Source: the human T2T-CHM13v2.0 reference genome, Homo sapiens
DNA length: 64,000 bases
Reading direction: 5' to 3' (one strand)
NCBI RefSeq assembly: GCF_009914755.1
Contig: NC_060948.1
The position numbers and the translations under genes are program-made. The notes under the pieces were generated by a model. That model saw only the letters and a list, made by a program, of their open reading frames with translations. It did no database searches and was not told where the DNA came from. Below, piece after piece: positions 1 to 14,965 of the stretch; within the stretch, counting starts at the first letter, position 1; each line of letters starts with the position of its first letter.

Positions 1-156
1 TATAATATGTATCATAAAATATATATGTTGTGTAATATATATAGTATATATAAGATGACACAGGATAAATATTATATACTATGACATATAAAATATATGA
101 GGTTATATGTTACATATAAGGCATAGCACATAACATGTAATATATATCATATATAA

Positions 157-448
157 TTTTTTTTTAGACAGAATCTTGTCCTGTTGCACAGGGTGGGGTA
201 CAATGGCGCCATCTTTGCTGACTGCAAATTCTGCCTCACGGGTCCAAGCGATTGTCCTCCCTCAGCCTCCCAGGTAGCTGGGACTACACCACACTGGGAC
301 TACACCAGCTGCCACCATGCCTAGCTAATTTTTTGGATTTTTAGTAGTGACAGCGTTTCACTGTATTGGCCAGGATGGTCTTGATCTCTTCACCTTGTGA
401 TCCCCTTGCCTTGGCCTCCAAATTTGCTGGGATTACAGGCCTGAGCCA
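157..448 (-). mobile_element. Diverged Alu SINE (AluY/AluSc-like) in DYZ2 unit 1; lacks first ~12 nt, has a short A9 tail and an internal 16-bp duplication
   Basis: Reverse complement reads TGGCTCAGGCCTGTAATCCCAGCAAATTTGGAGGCCAAGGC...GGATCACAAGGTGAAGAGATCAAGACCATCCTGGCC...GTAGTCCCAGCTAC...GTCT-A9. The GAGATC B-box variant, the GGATCAC(2-bp deletion) pattern and GTAGTCCC are AluSc/AluY-lineage diagnostics. Confidence 0.95.
278..307. repeat. 16-bp-period tandem duplication inside the Alu (CTGGGACTACACCA x2), present in every unit
   Basis: CTGGGACTACACCA at 278..291 and 294..307; the Alu consensus has this segment once in this arm. Confidence 0.9.
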
Positions 449-1020
449 AGATCCATATTTTTTAAATGAAAAAAAATTTCAAAGGTACTCTGCTTGGTAC
501 AATAATCAAATGTATAAACTGAGGAATAAAACATAACCATGAAACCTACTTATAACTGCATATGGAAAATACAGAGGATAATTTTTTAAATAACATATTT
601 TGAAAGCCTTAACTAGTAATTTGAAGAGTTGGCATTTGAAAGGCCAGTATGAATATACCTTCAAAGCAGCAACACAGGTTCCCCATGAGAAAAAGCAAAC
701 ACAGGGAAAATAAAAACACAAAGGTTCAATCTCTTCTGACCTTTGAAAGACACAGCACAGACAGTGGTCCTTAGGACGAAGAGCAGGAGACCCCTAATTC
801 CGTCACCATGGCGATAGGGCATAAACATTGCTGGGTGAGGGCACAATCCACATTGTGAGGTCCAACTGCTGCCAGGAAGACAGGAGTGCTTTTACATAGA
901 CCGAAAGGTCATTGAAGGCTCAGAGTTTTGTTTCAAGAACTGAATCCCAAGCCCACACGTTATTAGGCTGCGCTTCTTAAAACAAGTTATGAGATGGGAA
1001 AAAGGGCACCCACAAACATA
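449..1020. repeat. HSATI-type non-Alu block of the DYZ2 unit (representative copy; follows every Alu copy, 27 copies, last at ~63348..63919)
   Basis: ~570 bp of complex, moderate-GC sequence between the Alu and the AT-rich segment in every unit. The name comes from the known DYZ2 composition; boundaries are approximate and set by base composition. Confidence 0.75.
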
Positions 1021-2576
1021 CGTATACATTATGTATATAATAATATACAGTATCATATATATAATATATATAACCTATGTATAATATTGTTTTACATCCT
1101 GCATCTTATGTTATATATATTGTATAAAATATAATAATTGATAATATATAAGTTTTATAATTATACAATATGACATATAGTATATATTATAATTTATGAC
1201 ATATATAATATATGTTATATGTCATATATAGAATATATTATACGGTTAATATACGTATTAAATATAAATTATACATTATATATATTATATATAATATATC
1301 TGTTATATATAATACCCATTATGCATAATATATATATTATGTCTATGTTATATATAGCATAAAACAACATATAATAATATATAATTGTATATATAAAATG
1401 CGACATATAATATATATTATATTTTATTACATATGTAATATATATTATATATTATATATAATACGTTGTATGTATAATACCTATATTAAATATATATTAT
1501 ATGACTATGTTATTAATTACATGTCACATGCGTTATATATTATATATTTTATATAGAATATACCGGTTACATACAATATATACTATGTTACCTATAATGT
1601 ATAATTTATTACATGTAAAATAAAGAATGCAATATATTATGTAAAATTTATAATATACCATATGTGGAATGTGATATATATAACATATAATATATGATAT
1701 ATGATGTACAGTATATGATATATAACATACAATATATGATTCCTAATATATATGGTATACAATATATATTTTATGTTATGTATTCTATATGTTTTATATT
1801 CTGTTATATATAACTATTTGAAATTATATATAACTGTATAATATTTTATGTAAATATGTAATATAATATATATAACTATATAATATATTATATATAACTA
1901 TATATTATGTTATATATACTTTTATAACATAATTTACATAAAATATCATAATATAATATATATTATATTATTTCATATTACATAATATATATTACATATC
2001 ACCCAATATAACTAACATACATAATATTATAATATAGATTATATTATGTTATATTAAATATCATATATATCATGTATCATATATTCTATAATATATATTA
2101 CACCTTATATAATATGTATGTTGTCTATTATGTGATATATATAACTATATATATAATTATATTTTTATACATATAACTAGATAAACATGTAATTCTACAT
2201 ATTTTCATTTATAATATGTAGAATTATATAATCATATATAATTATTTATATTCTATAAAAAATTTTATCATTATATAAATTATAATATATAAAAATTATA
2301 ATATGTACTACAAATATATATATTATATATCATATATGATATAGTACTATTGTTATATTTCATAATACGTATAAATGTGTATTATGTTATCTATAATTAT
2401 ATAATTTCATATATAAGATGTATAATATGTATCATAAAATATATATGTTGTGTAATATATATAGTATATATAAGATGACACAGGATAAATATTATATACT
2501 ATGACATATAAAATATATGAGGTTATATGTTACATATAAGGCATAGCACATAACATGTAATATATATCATATATAA
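1021..2576. repeat. AT-rich low-complexity segment of the DYZ2 unit (representative copy; 26 full copies plus partial ones at 1..156 and 63920..64000)
   Basis: ~1.55 kb built from degenerate TATA/TATAA/ATATG/ATATAACT motifs, with an abrupt composition change at ~1021, ending at the Alu poly-T. Confidence 0.92.
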
Positions 2577-2868
2577 TTTTTTTTTAGACAGAATCTTGTC
2601 CTGTTGCACAGGGTGGGGTACAATGGCGCCATCTTTGCTGACTGCAAATTCTGCCTCACGGGTCCAAGCGATTGTCCTCCCTCAGCCTCCCAGGTAGCTG
2701 GGACTACACCACACTGGGACTACACCAGCTGCCACCATGCCTAGCTAATTTTTTGGATTTTTAGTAGTGACAGCGTTTCACTGTATTGGCCAGGATGGTC
2801 TTGATCTCTTCACCTTGTGATCCCCTTGCCTTGGCCTCCAAATTTGCTGGGATTACAGGCCTGAGCCA
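2577..2868 (-). mobile_element. Alu fragment, DYZ2 unit 2
   Basis: Copy of 157..448. Confidence 0.93.
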
Positions 2869-4973
2869 AGATCCATATTTTTTAAATGAAAAAAAATTTC
2901 AAAGGTACTCTGCTTGGTACAATAATCAAATGTATAAACTGAGGAATAAAACATAACCATGAAACCTACTTATAACTGCATATGGAAAATACAGAGGATA
3001 ATTTTTTAAATAACATATTTTGAAAGCCTTAACTAGTAATTTGAAGAGTTGGCATTTGAAAGGCCAGTATGAATATACCTTCAAAGCAGCAACACAGGTT
3101 CCCCATGAGAAAAAGCAAACACAGGGAAAATAAAAACACAAAGGTTCAATCTCTTCTGACCTTTGAAAGACACAGCACAGACAGTGGTCCTTAGGACGAA
3201 GAGCAGGAGACCCCTAATTCCGTCACCATGGCGATAGGGCATAAACATTGCTGGGTGAGGGCACAATCCACATTGTGAGGTCCAACTGCTGCCAGGAAGA
3301 CAGGAGTGCTTTTACATAGACCGAAAGGTCATTGAAGGCTCAGAGTTTTGTTTCAAGAACTGAATCCCAAGCCCACACGTTATTAGGCTGCGCTTCTTAA
3401 AACAAGTTATGAGATGGGAAAAAGGGCACCCACAAACATACGTATACATTATGTATATAATAATATACAGTATCATATATATAATATATATAACCTATGT
3501 ATAATATTGTTTTACATCCTGCATCTTATGTTATATATATTGTATAAAATATAATAATTGATAATATATAAGTTTTATAATTATACAATATGACATATAG
3601 TATATATTATAATTTATGACATATATAATATATGTTATATGTCATATATAGAATATATTATACGGTTAATATACGTATTAAATATAAATTATACATTATA
3701 TATATTATATATAATATATCTGTTATATATAATACCCATTATGCATAATATATATATTATGTCTATGTTATATATAGCATAAAACAACATATAATAATAT
3801 ATAATTGTATATATAAAATGCGACATATAATATATATTATATTTTATTACATATGTAATATATATTATATATTATATATAATACGTTGTATGTATAATAC
3901 CTATATTAAATATATATTATATGACTATGTTATTAATTACATGTCACATGCGTTATATATTATATATTTTATATAGAATATACCGGTTACATACAATATA
4001 TACTATGTTACCTATAATGTATAATTTATTACATGTAAAATAAAGAATGCAATATATTATGTAAAATTTATAATATACCATATGTGGAATGTGATATATA
4101 TAACATATAATATATGATATATGATGTACAGTATATGATATATAACATACAATATATGATTCCTAATATATATGGTATACAATATATATTTTATGTTATG
4201 TATTCTATATGTTTTATATTCTGTTATATATAACTATTTGAAATTATATATAACTGTATAATATTTTATGTAAATATGTAATATAATATATATAACTATA
4301 TAATATATTATATATAACTATATATTATGTTATATATACTTTTATAACATAATTTACATAAAATATCATAATATAATATATATTATATTATTTCATATTA
4401 CATAATATATATTACATATCACCCAATATAACTAACATACATAATATTATAATATAGATTATATTATGTTATATTAAATATCATATATATCATGTATCAT
4501 ATATTCTATAATATATATTACACCTTATATAATATGTATGTTGTCTATTATGTGATATATATAACTATATATATAATTATATTTTTATACATATAACTAG
4601 ATAAACATGTAATTCTACATATTTTCATTTATAATATGTAGAATTATATAATCATATATAATTATTTATATTCTATAAAAAATTTTATCATTATATAAAT
4701 TATAATATATAAAAATTATAATATGTACTACAAATATATATATTATATATCATATATGATATAGTACCTTTGTTATATATCATAATACATATAAATGTGT
4801 ATTATGTTATCTATAATTATATAATTTCATATATAAGATGTATAATATGTATCATATATTATATATGTTATGTAATATATATAGTATATATAAGATGACA
4901 CAGGATAAATATTATATACTATGACATATAAAATATATGAGGTTATATGTTACTTATAAGGCATACCACATAA

Positions 4974-5288
<315 letters not shown>

Positions 5289-7393
5289 AGATCCATATTT
5301 TTTAAATGAAAAAAAATTTCAAAGGTACTCTGCTTGGTACAATAATCAAATGTATAAACTGAGGAATAAAACATAACCATGAAACCTACTTATAACTGCA
5401 TATGGAAAATACAGAGGATAATTTTTTAAATAACATATTTTGAAAGCCTTAACTAGTAATTTGAAGAGCTGGCATTTGAAAGGCCAGTATGAATATACCT
5501 TCAAAGCAGCAACACAGGTTCCCCATGAGAAAAAGCAAACACAGGGAAAATAAAACCACAAAGGTTCAATCTCTTCTGACCTTTGAAAGACACAGCACAG
5601 ACAGTGGTCCTTAGGACGAAGAGCAGGAGACCCCTAATTCCGTCACCATGGCGATAGGGCATAAACATTGCTGGGTGAGGGCACAATCCACATTGTGAGG
5701 TCCAACTGCTGCCAGGAAGACAGGAGTGCTTTTACATAGACCGAAAGGTCATTGAAGGCTCAGAGTTTTGTTTCAAGAACTGAATCCCAAGCCCACACGT
5801 TATTAGGCTGCGCTTCTTAAAACAAGTTATGAGATGGGAAAAAGGGCACCCACAAACATACGTATACATTATGTATATAATAATATACAGTATCATATAT
5901 ATAATATATATAACCTATGTATAATATTGTTTTACATCCTGCATCTAATGTTATATATATTGTATAAAATATAATAATTGATAATATATAAGTTTTATAA
6001 TTATACAATATGACATATAGTATATATTATAATTTATGACATATATAATATATGTTATATGTCATATATAGAATATATTATACGGTTAATATACGTATTA
6101 AATATAAATTATACATTATATATATTATATATAATATATCTGTTATATATAATACCCATTATGCATAATATATATATTATGTCTATGTTATATATAGCAT
6201 AAAACAACATATAATAATATATAATTGTATATATAAAATGCGACATATAATATATATTATATTTTATTACATATGTAATATATATTATATATTATATATA
6301 ATACGTTGTATGTATAATACCTATATTAAATATATATTATATGACTATGTTATTAATTACATGTCACATGCGTTATATATTATATATTTTATATAGAATA
6401 TACCGGTTACATACAATATATACTATGTTACCTATAATGTATAATTTATTACATGTAAAATAAAGAATGCAATATATTATGTAAAATTTATAATATACCA
6501 TATGTGGAATGTGATATATATAACATATAATATATGATATATGATGTACAGTATATGATATATAACATACAATATATGATTCCTAATATATATGGTATAC
6601 AATATATATTTTATGTTATGTATTCTATATGTTTTATATTCTGTTATATATAACTATTTGAAATTATATATAACTGTATAATATTTTATGTAAATATGTA
6701 ATATAATATATATAACTATATAATATATTATATATAACTATATATTATGTTATATATACTTTTATAACATAATTTACATAAAATATCATAATATAATATA
6801 TATTATATTATTTCATATTACATAATATATATTACATATCACCCAATATAACTAACATACATAATATTATAATATAGATTATATTATGTTATATTAAATA
6901 TCATATATATCATGTATCATATATTCTATAATATATATTACACCTTATATAATATGTATGTTGTCTATTATGTGATATATATAACTATATATATAATTAT
7001 ATTTTTATACATATAACTAGATAAACATGTAATTCTACATATTTTCATTTATAATATGTAGAATTATATAATCATATATAATTATTTATATTCAATAAAA
7101 AATTTTATCATTATATAAATTATAATATATAAAAATTATAATATGTACTACAAATATATATATTATATATCATATATGATATAGTACCTTTGTTATATAT
7201 CATAATACATATAAATGTGTATTATGTTATCTATAATTATATAATTTCATATATAAGATGTATAATATGTATCATATATTATATATGTTATGTAATATAT
7301 ATAGTATATATAAGATGACACAGGATAAATATTATATACTATGACATATAAAATATATGAGGTTATATGTTACATATAAGGCATACCACATAA

Positions 7394-7708
<315 letters not shown>

Positions 7709-9813
7709 AGATCCATATTTTTTAAATGAAAAAAAATTTCAAAGGTACTCTGCTTGGTACAATAATCAAATGTATAAACTGAGGAATAAAACATAACCAT
7801 GAAACCTACTTATAACTGCATATGGAAAATACAGAGGATAATTTTTTAAATAACATATTTTGAAAGCCTTAACTAGTAATTTGAAGAGTTGGCATTTGAA
7901 AGGCCAGTATGAATATACCTTCAAAGCAGCAACACAGGTTCCCCATGAGAAAAAGCAAACACAGGGAAAATAAAAACACAAAGGTTCAATCTCTTCTGAC
8001 CTTTGAAAGACACAGCACAGACAGTGGTCCTTAGGACGAAGAGCAGGAGACCCCTAATTCCGTCACCATGGCGATAGGGCATAAACATTGCTGGGTGAGG
8101 GCACAATCCACATTGTGAGGTCCAACTGCTGCCAGGAAGACAGGAGTGCTTTTACATAGACCGAAAGGTCATTGAAGGCTCAGAGTTTTGTTTCAAGAAC
8201 TGAATCCCAAGCCCACACGTTATTAGGCTGCGCTTCTTAAAACAAGTTATGAGATGGGAAAAAGGGCACCCACAAACATACGTATACATTATGTATATAA
8301 TAATATACAGTATCATATATATAATATATATAACCTATGTATAATATTGTTTTACATCCTGCATCTAATGTTATATATATTGTATAAAATATAATAATTG
8401 ATAATATATAAGTTTTATAATTATACAATATGACATATAGTATATATTATAATTTATGACATATATAATATATGTTATATGTCATATATAGAATATATTA
8501 TACGGTTAATATACGTATTAAATATAAATTATACATTATATATATTATATATAATATATCTGTTATATATAATACCCATTATGCATAATATATATATTAT
8601 GTCTATGTTATATATAGCATAAAACAACATATAATAATATATAATTGTATATATAAAATGCGACATATAATATATATTATATTTTATTACATATGTAATA
8701 TATATTATATATTATATATAATACGTTGTATGTATAATACCTATATTAAATATATATTATATGACTATGTTATTAATTACATGTCACATGCGTTATATAT
8801 TATATATTTTATATAGAATATACCGGTTACATACAATATATACTATGTTACCTATAATGTATAATTTATTACATGTAAAATAAAGAATGCAATATATTAT
8901 GTAAAATTTATAATATACCATATGTGGAATGTGATATATATAACATATAATATATGATATATGATGTACAGTATATGATATATAACATACAATATATGAT
9001 TCCTAATATATATGGTATACAATATATATTTTATGTTATGTATTCTATATGTTTTATATTCTGTTATATATAACTATTTGAAATTATATATAACTGTATA
9101 ATATTTTATGTAAATATGTAATATAATATATATAACTATATAATATATTATATATAACTATATATTATGTTATATATACTTTTATAACATAATTTACATA
9201 AAATATCATAATATAATATATATTATATTATTTCATATTACATAATATATATTACATATCACCCAATATAACTAACATACATAATATTATAATATAGATT
9301 ATATTATGTTATATTAAATATCATATATATCATGTATCATATATTCTATAATATATATTACACCTTATATAATATGTATGTTGTCTATTATGTGATATAT
9401 ATAACTATATATATAATTATATTTTTATACATATAACTAGATAAACATGTAATTCTACATATTTTCATTTATAATATGTAGAATTATATAATCATATATA
9501 ATTATTTATATTCAATAAAAAATTTTATCATTATATAAATTATAATATATAAAAATTATAATATGTACTACAAATATATATATTATATATCATATATGAT
9601 ATAGTACCTTTGTTATATATCATAATACATATAAATGTGTATTATGTTATCTATAATTATATAATTTCATATATAAGATGTATAATATGTATCATATATT
9701 ATATATGTTATGTAATATATATAGTATATATAAGATGACACAGGATAAATATTATATACTATGACATATAAAATATATGAGGTTATATGTTACATATAAG
9801 GCATACCACATAA

Positions 9814-10128
<315 letters not shown>

Positions 10129-12256
10129 AGATCCATATTTTTTAAATGAAAAAAAATTTCAAAGGTACTCTGCTTGGTACAATAATCAAATGTATAAACT
10201 GAGGAATAAAACATAACCATGAAACCTACTTATAACTGCATATGGAAAATACAGAGGATAATTTTTTAAATAACATATTTTGAAAGCCTTAACTAGTAAT
10301 TTGAAGAGTTGGCATTTGAAAGGCCAGTATGAATATACCTTCAAAGCAGCAACACAGGTTCCCCATGAGAAAAAGCAAACACAGGGAAAATAAAAACACA
10401 AAGGTTCAATCTCTTCTGACCTTTGAAAGACACAGCACAGACAGTGGTCCTTAGGACGAAGAGCAGGAGACCCCTAATTCCGTCACCATGGCGATAGGGC
10501 ATAAACATTGCTGGGTGAGGGCACAATCCACATTGTGAGGTCCAACTGCTGCCAGGAAGACAGGAGTGCTTTTACATAGACCGAAAGGTCATTGAAGGCT
10601 CAGAGTTTTGTTTCAAGAACTGAATCCCAAGCCCACACGTTATTAGGCTGCGCTTCTTAAAACAAGTTATGAGATGGGAAAAAGGGCACCCACAAACATA
10701 CGTATACATTATGTATATAATAATATACAGTATCATATATATAATATATATAACCTATGTATAATATTGTTTTACATCCTGCATCTAATGTTATATATAT
10801 TGTATAAAATATAATAATTGATAATATATAAGTTTTATAATTATACAATATGACATATAGTATATATTATAATTTATGACATATATAATATATGTTATAT
10901 GTCATATATAGAATATATTATACGGTTAATATACGTATTAAATATAAATTATACATTATATATATTATATATAATATATCTGTTATATATAATACCCATT
11001 ATGCATAATATATATATTATGTCTATGTTATATATAGCATAAAACAACATATAATAATATATAATTGTATATATAAAATGCGACATATAATATATATTAT
11101 ATTTTATTACATATGTAATATATATTATATATTATATATAATACGTTGTATGTATAATACCTATATTAAATATATATTATATGACTATGTTATTAATTAC
11201 ATGTCACATGCGTTATATATTATATATTTTATATAGAATATACCGGTTACATACAATATATACTATGTTACCTATAATGTATAATTTATTACATGTAAAA
11301 TAAAGAATGCAATATATTATGTAAAATTTATAATATACCATATGTGGAATGTGATATATATAACATATAATATATGATATATGATGTACAGTATATGATA
11401 TATAACATACAATATATGATTCCTAATATATATGGTATACAATATATATTTTATGTTATGCATTCTATATGTTTTATATTCTGTTATATATAACTATTTG
11501 AAATTATATATAACTGTATAATATTTTATGTAAATATGTAATATAATATATATAACTATATAATATATTATATATAACTATATATTATGTTATATATACT
11601 TTTATAACATAATTTACATAAAATATCATAATATAATATATATTATATTATTTCATATTACATAATATATATTACATATCACCCAATATAACTAACATAC
11701 ATAATATTATAATATAGATTATATTATGTTATATTAAATATCATATATATCATGTATCATATATTCTATAATATATATTACACCTTATATAATATGTATG
11801 TTGTCTATTATGTGATATATATAACTATATATATAATTATATTTTTATACATATAACTAGATAAACATGTAATTCTACATATTTTCATTTATAATATGTA
11901 GAATTATATAATCATATATAATTATTTATATTCTATAAAAAATTTTATCATTATATAAATTATAATATATAAAAATTATAATATGTACTATAAATATATA
12001 TATTATATATCATATATGATATAGTACTATTGTTATATTTCATAATACATATAAATGTGTATTATGTTATCTATAATTATATTATTTCATATATAAGATG
12101 TATAATATGTATCATAAATTATATATGTTGTGTAATATATATAGTATATATAAGATGACACAGGATAAATATTATATACTATGACATATAAAATATATGA
12201 GGTTATATGTTACATATAAGGCATAGCACAGAACATGTAATATATATCATATATAA

Positions 12257-12548
12257 TTTTTTTTTAGACAGAATCTTGTCCTGTTGCACAGGGTGGGGTA
12301 CAATGGCGCCATCTTTGCTCACTGCAACTTCTGCCTCACGGGTCCAAGCGATTGTCCTCCCTCAGCCTCCCAGGTAGCTGGGACTACACCACACTGGGAC
12401 TACACCAGCTGCCACCATGCCTAGCTAATTTTTTGGATTTTTAGTAGTGACAGCGTTTCACTGTATTGGCCAGGATGGTCTTGATCTCTTCACCTTGTGA
12501 TCCCCTTGCCTTGGCCTCCAAATTTGCTGGGATTACAGGCCTGAGCCA
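12257..12548 (-). mobile_element. Alu fragment, DYZ2 unit 6
   Basis: Copy of 157..448 with a few substitutions. Confidence 0.93.
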
Positions 12549-14650
12549 AGATCCATATTTTTTAAATGAAAAAAAATTTCAAAGGTACTCTGCTTGGTAC
12601 AATAATCAAATGTATAAACTGAGGAATAAAACATAACCATGAAACCTACTTATAACTGCATATGGAAAATACAGAGGATAATTTTTTAAATAACATATTT
12701 TGAAAGCCTTAACTAGTAATTTGAAGAGTTGGCATTTGAAAGGCCAGTATGAATATACCTTCAAAGCAGCAACACAGGTTCCCCATGAGAAAAAGCAAAC
12801 ACAGGGAAAATAAAAACACAAAGGTTCAATCTCTTCTGACCTTTGAAAGACACAGCACAGACAGTGGTCCTTAGGACGAAGAGCAGGAGACCCCTAATTC
12901 CGTCACCATGGCGATAGGGCATAAACATTGCTGGGTGAGGGCACAATCCACATTGTGAGGTCCAACTGCTGCCAGGAAGACAGGAGTGCTTTTACATAGA
13001 CCGAAAGGTCATTGAAGGCTCAGAGTTTTGTTTCAAGAACTGAATCCCAAGCCCACACGTTATTAGGCTGCGCTTCTTAAAACAAGTTATGAGATGGGAA
13101 AAAGGGCACCCACAAACATACGTATACATTATGTATATAATAATATACAGTATCATATATATAATATATATAACCTATGTATAATATTGTTTTACATCCT
13201 GCATCTAATGTTATATATATTGTATAAAATATAATAATTGATAATATATAAGTTTTATAATTATACAATATGACATATAGTATATATTATAATTTATGAC
13301 ATATATAATATATGTTATATGTCATATATAGAATATATTATACGGTTAATATACGTATTAAATATAAATTATACATTATATATATTATATATAATATATC
13401 TGTTATATATAATACCCATTATGCATAATATATATATTATGTCTATGTTATATATAGTATAAAACAACATATAATAATATATAATTGTATATATAAAATG
13501 CGACATATAATATATATTATATTTTATAACATATGTAATATATATTATATATTATATATAATACGTTGTATGTATAATACCTATATTAAATATATATTAT
13601 ATGACTATGTTATTAATTACATGTCACATGTGTTATATATTATATATTTTACATAGAATATACCGGTTACATACAATATATACTATGTTACCTATAATGT
13701 ATAATTTATTACATGTAAAATAAAGAATGCAATATATTATGTATAATTTATAATATACCATATGTGGAATGTGATATATATAACATATAATATATGATAT
13801 ATGATATACAGTATATGATATATAACATACAATATATGATTCCTAATATATATGGTATACAATATATATTTTATGATATGTATTCTATATGTTTTATATT
13901 CTGTTATATATAACTATTTGAAATTATATATAACTGTATAATATTTTATGTAAATATGTAATATAATATATATAACTATATAATATATTATATATAACTA
14001 TATATTATGTTATATATACTTTTATAACATAATTTACATAAAATATAATATAATATATATTATATTATTTCATATTACATAATATATATTACATATCACC
14101 CAATATAACTAACATACATAATATTATAATATAGATTATATTATGTTATATTAAATATCATATATATCATGTATCATATATTCTATAATATATATTACAC
14201 CTTATATAATATGTATGTTGTCTATTATGTGATATATATAACTATATATATAATTATATTTTTATACATATAACTAGATAAACATGTAATTCTACATATT
14301 TCCATTTATAATATGTAGAATTATATAATCATATATAATTATTTATATTCTATAAAAAATTTTATCATTATATAAATTATAATATATAAAAATTATAATA
14401 TGTACTACAAATATATATATTATATATCATATATGATATAGTACCTTTGTTATATATCATAATACATATAAATGTGTATTATGTTATCTATAATTATATA
14501 ATTTCATATATAAGATGTATAATATGTATCATATATTATATATGTTATGTAATATATATAGTATATATAAGATGACACAGGATAAATATTATATACTATG
14601 ACATATAAAATATATGAGGTTATATGTTACATATAAGGCATAGCACATAA

Positions 14651-14965
<315 letters not shown>

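Noticed and set aside
157-448. 27 independent or active Alu insertions
   Set aside because: Identical flanks, clip point and internal duplication show one ancestral insertion amplified with the satellite. No target-site duplication is discernible.
506-846. Recurring overlapping 71-aa and 61-aa minus-strand ORFs (27 copies each)
   Set aside because: Short, non-ATG starts, no recognisable domain. They recur only because the satellite unit recurs, and variants between copies often change amino acids.
842-857. CACAAT-CCAC-ATTGTG small hairpin or RSS-heptamer-like word
   Set aside because: 6-bp stem only, not the canonical CACAGTG heptamer, and no properly spaced nonamer recognised.
1666-1670. 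GGAAT pentamer as a possible DYZ1/HSat3 junction
   Set aside because: Isolated pentamer. There is no (GGAAT)n tract, DYZ1 block or inversion in the window.
1021-2576. Many TATA-box and AATAAA-like words
   Set aside because: Expected by chance at this AT content, with no gene context.
5817-6008. 63-aa Tyr/Ile-rich ORF in units 3-6, 11 and 12
   Set aside because: Opened by one T>A variant (GCATCTAATG) in low-complexity AT DNA. Useful as a haplotype marker only.
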